This document shows, in pieces, positions 37,813-45,179 of a DNA stretch of 64,000 bases; the stretch's first letter is position 1, and each line of letters starts with the position of its first letter. The notes under the pieces are model-generated. The model was not told the DNA's origin, did not search any database, and saw only the letters and a list, made by a program, of their open reading frames with translations. The stretch lies in contig JAHJJA010000149.1 of NCBI GenBank assembly GCA_018822885.1, forward strand, positions 771 through 64,770, in the 5' to 3' direction. Source of the stretch: Candidatus Omnitrophota bacterium (lineage in GTDB: Bacteria > Omnitrophota > Gorgyraeia > Gygaellales > Profunditerraquicolaceae). Made by a program: the position numbers and the translations under genes.

Positions 37813-39891
37813 TTAGCCTACAAGCATCAACTTTTCATATTCCGGAAATCTCTGCAAGATCTTCTGCTTCAGCTGTATATTCGGGCGAAGCTCAAGGCGC
37901 TGATCAGAGGCGATAAGCTTAAGCGCATCCTCTCTGGCCCTCTTTAGCAGGTGCATCTGGGTAAGCGGATTGGCAATTTTAAGCTCGGTAAGGCCGTGCT
38001 GCCTTGAGCCAAAGAACTCCCCCGGGCCCCTTATTTTCAGGTCCTCTTCAGCTATCCTGAAACCGTCATTGAAATTAACCATTGCTTCAATCCTCGCCTT
38101 AGACTCCTCGGTCTTAGAATCGGCAATAAGAATACAGGTTGATTCCTTCTCTCCTCTGCCGACGCGGCCGCGCAACTGATGCAACTGGCTCAAACCAAAA
38201 CGCTGGGCATGCTCGATTATCATGCACGTGGCATTGGGTATATCAATACCCACCTCTAAGACTGTGGTAGAGATCAAAGCATCGAGCTTCCTATCTTTAA
38301 AACTAGCCATGATCGTCTTTTGTTCCTTTTCATCGAGCCTTCCGTGGATCAAGCCAAGCCTGAATCCCTTGAATTCAGAGCTCTTGAGCTCCTGGAACAT
38401 CCTTTTTGCTCCGGCTAGATCCAGGGCGACTGATTCATCTATGACCGGATAAATAATAAACGCCTGATTACCTTTGGCCAACTCCATACGGGCTATAGCA
38501 TAAGCTTTTCTTTTCTCATCTTCATTAAAGTAGAGTGTTTTAATAGGAAGCCTTCCTTTAGGCATTTCATTTATCACCGAAACATCCAGATCCCCGTATA
38601 AAGTTATAGCAAGCGTGCGCGGGATAGGAGTAGCCGTCATGATCAAAACATCCGGATTTGCCCCTTTAGCAGGAAGCAAAGCCCTTTGCCCGACGCCAAA
38701 CTTATGCTGTTCATCGATCACCACTAATCCTAAATTGCAAAACTCTACCCCCTCTTCTAAAAGCGCGTGCGTCCCGATAACCAAATCTATTTTCCCTTCG
38801 CAGATATCTTTAGAGATATTCTCTTTTTCTTTAATATCTACGCTGCTTGTAAGCAAGCCAATCCTTACTTCTGACTTAAGACTAGAAACTTGCGACTTGA
38901 TCTTCTCATAATGCTGCCTTGCCAATATTTCAGTTGGCGCCATAAAAGCCGCTTGGTAGCCGCCCTGGGCCGCGATTACGCAAGCGCAAGCCGCTACCAC
39001 GGTTTTTCCGCACCCCACATCCCCCTGCAAAAGCCTCTGCATCGCAAGCGGTCCGGACATATCTTTTTTAATCTCTTTAAGCACATTTTGCTGTGAAGCG
39101 GTTAACTCAAAAGTCAAATTCGACAGGAAATCATCGATCAGCTTCCCTTCTGTCTTATGGATTAAGCCCTTCTTTTCTTTTTTATTAAGCTTTCTCATGG
39201 CAAGCGGAAGCTGGAAAATAAAAAACTCCTCAAAAGAAAGCCTCTCAAAGGCCTTTAAACGCAGCGATTCATTTTCCGGAAAATGAATACTGATAAGGCT
39301 TGTGGCCAGATTCAAAAGGTTGTTTCTGGCCCTGATATCATAAGGCAGGCAGTCGGTAATCTGGCCAAGGTACTCATCAAGGGCGCTCTTGACCAGAGCG
39401 CGCATGGTGCGCTGGCCCACCCTTTGCGGCAAAGAATATACCGGGACGATCCTTCCGGTACTAAGCGGCTCCTGTTCTAAGGCAAGCTCAAACTCCGGAG
39501 AGTTCATCTGCAGCTTTGCCCCGTATCGCTGGACCCTGCCATACAATATTACGCTTTGGCCGACTTTAAAATATTCGCTTAAATAAGGCTGATTAAACCA
39601 GACGCAGGAAATCTTTCCGGTTTCATCCCCCACGATCACCTCGGTTATGCTAAAACCCCTGCGGCGAAAAGAGGAACGCTTGCCTTTGACTAACACCTGC
39701 GCTTTTATAGTCTGAAAGGTCCCTTCCTGTAATTTTGATATAGGGCTGAATTTTGTACGGTCTTCATAACGGCGGGGAAAATAATAAAGCAGGTCTTCAA
39801 CAGTCTTGATACCGACAGCGGCAAATGCCTTTGCCCTCTTAGGCCCTATGCCTTTAAGATACTGGATAGAGGTATCGACTGAATTTTTCAT
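37813..39891 (-). CDS. recG: ATP-dependent DNA helicase RecG
   Basis: QGDVGCGKT, DEQHKFG, MTATPIPRT, QLHQLRGRVGRG. Confidence 0.97.
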   Translation of the reverse strand: MKNSVDTSIQYLKGIGPKRAKAFAAVGIKTVEDLLYYFPRRYEDRTKFSPISKLQEGTFQTIKAQVLVKGKRSSFRRRGFSITEVIVGDETGKISCVWFNQPYLSEYFKVGQSVILYGRVQRYGAKLQMNSPEFELALEQEPLSTGRIVPVYSLPQRVGQRTMRALVKSALDEYLGQITDCLPYDIRARNNLLNLATSLISIHFPENESLRLKAFERLSFEEFFIFQLPLAMRKLNKKEKKGLIHKTEGKLIDDFLSNLTFELTASQQNVLKEIKKDMSGPLAMQRLLQGDVGCGKTVVAACACVIAAQGGYQAAFMAPTEILARQHYEKIKSQVSSLKSEVRIGLLTSSVDIKEKENISKDICEGKIDLVIGTHALLEEGVEFCNLGLVVIDEQHKFGVGQRALLPAKGANPDVLIMTATPIPRTLAITLYGDLDVSVINEMPKGRLPIKTLYFNEDEKRKAYAIARMELAKGNQAFIIYPVIDESVALDLAGAKRMFQELKSSEFKGFRLGLIHGRLDEKEQKTIMASFKDRKLDALISTTVLEVGIDIPNATCMIIEHAQRFGLSQLHQLRGRVGRGEKESTCILIADSKTEESKARIEAMVNFNDGFRIAEEDLKIRGPGEFFGSRQHGLTELKIANPLTQMHLLKRAREDALKLIASDQRLELRPNIQLKQKILQRFPEYEKLMLVG

Positions 39892-39928
39892 AGGCGCCGG
39901 TCATCATGCTGGCTGCTGATCACTTATC

Positions 39929-40393
39929 TTAAAGCGTATACTGCGGCTTATCGGTCTCTGGAATGGCTTGCTCCGAAACAGGGGGATTATCTTCTTTGTT
40001 ATTAGGTATGCGTTTACCCTGCCTGACCTCTATTTCAAAGCTTTGGGAAGAATATTCCTGCTTTGCGATATCGACCACGCTTGGCTCGATCTTGAATTTG
40101 CCTACTTTAGCCGGGGCAAGCACAAAGGCATACACAACAAAAGTGTTAACATCGCCTTTCTTAAGAGAAATCTGAGAAGACTGCGCTTGAGACAAAACAA
40201 TAAAATTATCAAATTTTGGCACTTTAGGCGCGGGGATATTCTTTTCGGAAGAGGTGATTGTCAGCTTATAGGTGATCTGGTCGTCAGTAGTCACAGAGAC
40301 CTTATCTACCTCGGCCTTTACCACGGTCTCCCCAAATAAAGCCGGAGCCGAATAGATCAAAAATAACAATATCAAAGGTAATAACTTTTTCAT
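39929..40393 (-). CDS. Short secreted BatD-like protein
   Basis: Signal peptide; V-AEVDK...ITYKLTI...F-VLSQ...YAFVLAP-x-x-VGKF-I. Confidence 0.7.
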   Translation of the reverse strand: MKKLLPLILLFLIYSAPALFGETVVKAEVDKVSVTTDDQITYKLTITSSEKNIPAPKVPKFDNFIVLSQAQSSQISLKKGDVNTFVVYAFVLAPAKVGKFKIEPSVVDIAKQEYSSQSFEIEVRQGKRIPNNKEDNPPVSEQAIPETDKPQYTL

Positions 40394-40400
40394 AATAAGA

Positions 40401-40429
40401 TTTCTAACACATCGTCGCTAAACTGTCAA
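40401..40429 (-). promoter_or_regulatory. Sigma70 promoter, leaderless
   Basis: TTGACA-17-TAGAAA with extended TG, 7 nt before ATG. Confidence 0.65.
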
Positions 40430-40450
40430 TATTTTTCTTATTCCGGCTGC

Positions 40451-40480
40451 TTGACAACCTCAAAATTTATGGCATACTAT
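40451..40480 (+). promoter_or_regulatory. Plus-strand sigma70 promoter
   Basis: TTGACA at 40451 and TGgCATACT/TACTAT at 40470-40480. Confidence 0.6.
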
Positions 40481-40484
40481 GATT

Positions 40485-40596
40485 GAAAGTTGAAGTAGGT
40501 TGCTTAACAAGGAGGCCAGATTTGATAGCGAAAGCTACGAGGCCTATCACCTACAAAGAACCCCTAAGAGGAAATGACTCTGCGGGGGTTTTTTGT
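40485..40596 (+). ncRNA. Candidate structured small RNA
   Basis: Promoter, nested stems with GAAA tetraloop, terminator hairpin with U-tract. Confidence 0.5.
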
Positions 40597-41585
40597 TTTG
40601 CGGGGCTTGAGCAGTCCTGGATGATTTGGTACATCTCCTTTTTTGTCTTCACTCTGGAGGACTTTTCGCGGAGATGACGCACACCTCTAAAACCCTTGGT
40701 GTACCAGGAAAAGAATTTACGGAATATCACGACTGCTCCCCTCTCGCCGTAGAAATCTACGCAGGCATCCAGATGCTCTGTCATTACCCTTTTTATATCT
40801 TGCCTCGCTGGTTTAGTGATTATTCTCCCATCCTTTAGTAACTCAACTGACTGCTTGAATATCCAGGGGTTCCCCAGCGCACCTCGAGCTATCGCAACAG
40901 CATCACAACCGGTCTCTTCAAACATCTTTTTTACTCCGAAGGCTAAAAACACATTGCCGCTTCCTATGACTGGGACGCCAATCGATTTTTTTACCTCTCT
41001 AATAGCCTGATAATCAACCTCTCCGCCATAACCATCCTCTTTTGTCCTGCCGTGGATAAAAAGCGCGCTTATCCCGGCATCTTCGGCTAACTTTGCGACC
41101 ACCTTAGAATTCTCCGAATGCCTGTCCCATCCGGTGCGGATCTTTAATGTAACGGGAACGTGCGAATTCTTTACCACAAGCTTAAGGATCTTGCTTAATT
41201 CTTCCGGCTCTTTTAACAAGCTCGCCCCCTCTCCCCTGCGCGTGACTTTTTTTGCGGGACAAGCGGCATTAAAATCCAGGATATCAAAATCATAACGGCT
41301 TAAAATATCCAGAGCTCTAAGTATATACTTCTCTTCACATCCTAAGAGCTGCACCCCTAAAGGCCTGTCCTCGGGCACTGAATAGAGCATCTTCTGCGTT
41401 CTCTTACTTCTATAGCCGAGCGAGCGGGCATTTATCATCTCCACAAACGCAAGCTCGCATCCGAATCTACGATTCAGTATGCGAAAAGGAAAATCGCTTA
41501 TCCCGGCCATTGGGGCGAGGATCAAGTTGGATTTTAATTTAAGAGTCCCTATTTTTAGCATTGGTTTCTTAGGGACGTTTTCCAT
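40551..41585 (-). CDS. dusB: tRNA-dihydrouridine synthase B
   Basis: LAPMAG, N-x-x-CP, GASLL, KIRTGW, IHGRT, ARGALGNPW; start may be 41561. Confidence 0.93.
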   Translation of the reverse strand: MENVPKKPMLKIGTLKLKSNLILAPMAGISDFPFRILNRRFGCELAFVEMINARSLGYRSKRTQKMLYSVPEDRPLGVQLLGCEEKYILRALDILSRYDFDILDFNAACPAKKVTRRGEGASLLKEPEELSKILKLVVKNSHVPVTLKIRTGWDRHSENSKVVAKLAEDAGISALFIHGRTKEDGYGGEVDYQAIREVKKSIGVPVIGSGNVFLAFGVKKMFEETGCDAVAIARGALGNPWIFKQSVELLKDGRIITKPARQDIKRVMTEHLDACVDFYGERGAVVIFRKFFSWYTKGFRGVRHLREKSSRVKTKKEMYQIIQDCSSPAKQKTPAESFPLRGSL

Positions 41586-41645
41586 TCCAAAGCAAAGAGT
41601 GTCCCCACCGGGGACACTCTTCCGATTGGTTTTGAAAACGTCCCT
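41571..41645. repeat. Nested REP-like palindrome
   Basis: Outer AGGGACGTTTTC/GAAAACGTCCCT; inner AAGAGTGTCCCC-acc-GGGGACACTCTT. Confidence 0.85.
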
Positions 41646-41648
41646 GGT

Positions 41649-43121
41649 TTAAATTATATATTTTGGATTTTTAACGAGCGGGTTATTTTTTATTTCTTCT
41701 GATACTGAGGGGGCCAAGCCTTGTTTTCCTAACTTATAATACATATAATTCTTATACCCTTCTACCCCGGGCTGATCAAAGGCGTTGATATTTAACAACT
41801 CGCCTTCAAAAGCGGTAGTTATCTCAAAAAAGAAAAGTAAGGCGCCCCAATAATACGAAGTCACCGCAGGCATGATTATAGTGCAATTAGGCCGCTCTTG
41901 CCTTACTAGCGCCCATTCAGTCGCTTCCTGGGCAAGCTTTATCAATTCTGAAAACTTCTTTCCGGAAAGGATATCGCTTTTGCCTGGCAGCTTTAAATCG
42001 TTCCTAAACCTCTCGACCCTGATAAAGGTAGTCACCTTATTGTTTTCGCCCTCGATGTTATTCTGCTGAATTGAATGCAAATCATTAGTTCCGCGCGCCG
42101 GGATAGGGGTGCGCCCAAGATTCACTATATTTGCCGGATCTCTTTCCCAAACCTCCGAACCATCCGCCAAAACGCTCACCTTACGGGAGAATTTCTTGCC
42201 AAGGCTTTCCGCCAATAACTGCACATACCACTCCGCGGTAGCTTTAAGCGTTTCCGAAAAAGGCATCATAATAGCTATCGGCTTACCATGCTTCCTGTAA
42301 AGAATGGTATGCAAAACAGCATACATATAAGCAGGATTCCTAGTAAAATCAGCGTTACTGCAAATCTTGCCCATATCATGTGCGCCGCGCAAAACCTCTT
42401 CGATATCGACCCCGGTTATCGCCATATGCAAAAGGCCCATGTTTAATTCCGAGAACCTCCCCCCCACTCCTTTTAATAAAGGAAGGCTCCTAAAGCTTAA
42501 GATATCTTTTTTTTGCGCCTCATCTACCTTTTTCCTCAAAGACCCGGTTTCAGGATCAGTAATAACAACGATCTGCCTGCCGTAATTTTTACCTATACCC
42601 TTCTTAAGCCACGCCTCAACCACCATAAACGCCGCCTTGGTCTCGGTTGTTTCTCCTGATTTAGAAATGACTATTACAAAAGTCTTTTTCGGATTAAGAT
42701 TCTTCAATAGCGCATGCAAAGTATCCGGATCCAGGTTATTGCCTTCAAAGTAGATCTTTGGATTTTTCTTACGAAGAAGGGAGAAATCGTTATAATAAGG
42801 CGGACAAAGCGCGCTTTGCGCAGCCAATAACCCAAGATATGACCCCCCTATCCCCAAAGAGACAACGCTTTCATATTTATTAGCGATCTGCCTGCCGAGT
42901 GTCTGTATCTTTTTTATCGCATTCTTATCCTGCAGGGGAAGTCTCATCCATTCAAGATTAAGGCGTATTCTGCTTGAATCATTTACTGATACTTTCAAAA
43001 GATGATGATGGGCATCAGCTATCGCTTGGCTCATCTGGTTTAAATCATCTTCTTTAACGCCGTGCTCCTCTCCGACGCTAGAACTAAACATGTTATTAAA
43101 ATCGAATTTTAAACGCTCCAT
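41649..43121 (-). CDS. pgi: Glucose-6-phosphate isomerase
   Basis: GIGGSYLG, SKSGETTET, GGRFS, AESLGK, FDQPGVE. Confidence 0.93.
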   Translation of the reverse strand: MERLKFDFNNMFSSSVGEEHGVKEDDLNQMSQAIADAHHHLLKVSVNDSSRIRLNLEWMRLPLQDKNAIKKIQTLGRQIANKYESVVSLGIGGSYLGLLAAQSALCPPYYNDFSLLRKKNPKIYFEGNNLDPDTLHALLKNLNPKKTFVIVISKSGETTETKAAFMVVEAWLKKGIGKNYGRQIVVITDPETGSLRKKVDEAQKKDILSFRSLPLLKGVGGRFSELNMGLLHMAITGVDIEEVLRGAHDMGKICSNADFTRNPAYMYAVLHTILYRKHGKPIAIMMPFSETLKATAEWYVQLLAESLGKKFSRKVSVLADGSEVWERDPANIVNLGRTPIPARGTNDLHSIQQNNIEGENNKVTTFIRVERFRNDLKLPGKSDILSGKKFSELIKLAQEATEWALVRQERPNCTIIMPAVTSYYWGALLFFFEITTAFEGELLNINAFDQPGVEGYKNYMYYKLGKQGLAPSVSEEIKNNPLVKNPKYII

Positions 43122-43142
43122 AATTATAAACTCCTATCTTTT

Positions 43143-43164
43143 ATCCCGACGCTTCGGTCGGGAT
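43143..43164. repeat. Short REP-like hairpin
   Basis: ATCCCGAC-gcttcg-GTCGGGAT. Confidence 0.65.
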
Positions 43165-43171
43165 TCCGCCC

Positions 43172-43411
43172 CTAAAGCTTTCGGTCCGGATGGGCTTCAT
43201 TATAACTTCCGCATCTCGGACAGACCGATATCGTGTCCTCTTTTGTATTGATGTAAGTATAGGTGCAAATAGAACAAAACCATATGAACTTCGGCTCAAT
43301 CGTCACTTCCTTTTCCTTCTCTTTTCTGGTAAATACCCACACGGAAAACACCAGGACCAGAGAAACAGCCGCGTACAAAGCAATGGCCCAGGAAAAATCA
43401 ATAGCGATCAT
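43172..43411 (-). CDS. Single-TM protein with Zn-ribbon
   Basis: N-terminal TM, CSIC and CPRCG; TAATG-coupled to upstream gene. Confidence 0.7.
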   Translation of the reverse strand: MIAIDFSWAIALYAAVSLVLVFSVWVFTRKEKEKEVTIEPKFIWFCSICTYTYINTKEDTISVCPRCGSYNEAHPDRKL

Positions 43412-44049
43412 TATTTATCCTTTGCCGAAAGGTCGATCTTGACCGAGTTCCACTGATTCGGGGTTATCCTTGCCTGCTGCATAAAAAGATACCGGTTGAT
43501 ATAACGCATACTTAAAAGATCGACCTCTAGGTTACCCGAAGATATCTTCCTCTTTACTACTATCGAATTCCTGATGCCGGAGGGAATAATATTATAGGCA
43601 AGTTCAACGTGTGCTACCTGCCTATCCTGAAAATAAAGCATAAAACCATAAGGAAGCACAGGGTGGAATATGATCGAGGTATCCTGTGACCTTACAAGCG
43701 GCGGGGCAACAGGGGCCTCCGGAAAAAATGGAGCCTTTTCTATTCTTAATATTAGTGCGCTATTTGGTTTAGAATAATACCTTCCGAAAGCGAAATCTGC
43801 TCCTGTGCCTGCTTTTCTTAAATCGGAGAGCTCATGTATAACCGGCAATAACTCTTTTGACTTTACCGCAACGCTTGCAACAGGCTTAGAGATCTGAGAG
43901 TTGCTCAAAAACTGCCCCCAGAAATAAACGGCAGAATAACTACCGGGTGCCGCCATTTTACCAAAGGAAAAGCTTATAAGGGCAAACAGGGCAATGTGCC
44001 CGAATACAGAAATAAAAATGGTCTTCTTAAAAGTATTCTCAAGAATCAT
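43411..44049 (-). CDS. Divergent TonB/TolA-like protein
   Basis: TM with S-x-x-x-H (SVFGH); C-terminal ISSGNLEVD; follows exbD. Confidence 0.6.
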   Translation of the reverse strand: MILENTFKKTIFISVFGHIALFALISFSFGKMAAPGSYSAVYFWGQFLSNSQISKPVASVAVKSKELLPVIHELSDLRKAGTGADFAFGRYYSKPNSALILRIEKAPFFPEAPVAPPLVRSQDTSIIFHPVLPYGFMLYFQDRQVAHVELAYNIIPSGIRNSIVVKRKISSGNLEVDLLSMRYINRYLFMQQARITPNQWNSVKIDLSAKDK

Positions 44050-44454
44050 CTATCGCCCTTGATTCGTGGCAACATTTATCTGTTTTATCCCGGATTCGCG
44101 GCTCATATCACAGATCTCGACTACTTTCTCCAATGAGGCTCGCTTATCCGCCTTGATCAAGACTGTCTGAGCCCTGGATGCGGCCTGCTTCAAGATCGCC
44201 CGTAAACTATCCACATTGACAATATTTCCGTCTAAATAGATATAATTCTCGCTGTTTACAATAACTTCGACATTATCACTACTTATGCTCTCGCTAGTCA
44301 CAACCCTGGGCAAGTTAACTTTTATACCCGGGGGCAAAATAAGAATGGGGGTCAAGATAAAAAATATGAGCAGCAAGAATATGACATTTATCAAAGGCAG
44401 GATATCTATCTGCTTAAGCCCTTGCTCTAATTCTATCTTACCTTTAAGTTTCAT
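44050..44454 (-). CDS. exbD: ExbD/TolR family protein with Asn at the conserved TM Asp
   Basis: IDILPLINVIFLLLIFF, KVNLP, VLIKADK. Confidence 0.88.
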   Translation of the reverse strand: MKLKGKIELEQGLKQIDILPLINVIFLLLIFFILTPILILPPGIKVNLPRVVTSESISSDNVEVIVNSENYIYLDGNIVNVDSLRAILKQAASRAQTVLIKADKRASLEKVVEICDMSRESGIKQINVATNQGR

Positions 44455-44505
44455 ATATTGATAATCGAAGTGTTACAAAGTTACAAGCACAGTTTGCAAC
44501 CCGTC

Positions 44506-45138
44506 CTATTCCGTTAAGAAATTCACTAATTCCGTCGAAGCCTTTTCCATCTCAAGAATTATGCTATTAACCCGGTTAACCAAGTAATTATAAGCCACGA
44601 ATGTCGGAATGGCGACCAGTAAACCAGCGACAGTAGCTAACAACGCCTGCCAGACCCCACCGGCTAAATCAACCGGGGAAACCGGCTGATTCAACGCTGC
44701 CTTTGCCTGGATCACCTGAAAACACCTGATCATCCCTACAACTGTGCCGAGAAGGCCTAAAAGGGGAGAGATGTGGGCAATGGTCGAGAGAACAGGCAAA
44801 TTCTTCTGCAACCGGGGCACCTGATATAAAGAGGCGTCTTCAATTGCTTCAATGATCTGCGGGCGTGGCCGGTCATATCTTAAAATACCGGCTTTTAAGA
44901 TGTTGGCTACAGGACTCTTTGTGTTATCGCAAATCTGTATCGCCTCTTTAGTCTCATGCCGCTTCATCTTATCAAGCACCTGCCTTAAGAATTCCTGGGT
45001 GTCTATCCTGATCTTCTTAAAATACAGGAATTTTTCTAAGATTATCGCGAAGGCAAAAATAGAGCATAATAATATGGGCCACATGACCGGGCCGCCAGCC
45101 AAAAGAAATTGCCAAAGGCTCATTTTATAAATCACCAC
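44506..45138 (-). CDS. exbB: ExbB/TolQ/MotA family protein
   Basis: GGPVMWP, PLLGLLGTVVGMI, GGVWQALLATVAGL. Confidence 0.9.
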   Translation of the reverse strand: MVIYKMSLWQFLLAGGPVMWPILLCSIFAFAIILEKFLYFKKIRIDTQEFLRQVLDKMKRHETKEAIQICDNTKSPVANILKAGILRYDRPRPQIIEAIEDASLYQVPRLQKNLPVLSTIAHISPLLGLLGTVVGMIRCFQVIQAKAALNQPVSPVDLAGGVWQALLATVAGLLVAIPTFVAYNYLVNRVNSIILEMEKASTELVNFLTE

Positions 45139-45179
45139 TTCTTACCTCCCTTTTATCTTTTACTATTAGCTGTCCTATG

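Noticed and set aside
40483-40677. 64-aa plus-strand ORF
   Set aside because: Runs through a terminator and antisense into dusB; an RNA interpretation fits better, though a short peptide is not excluded.
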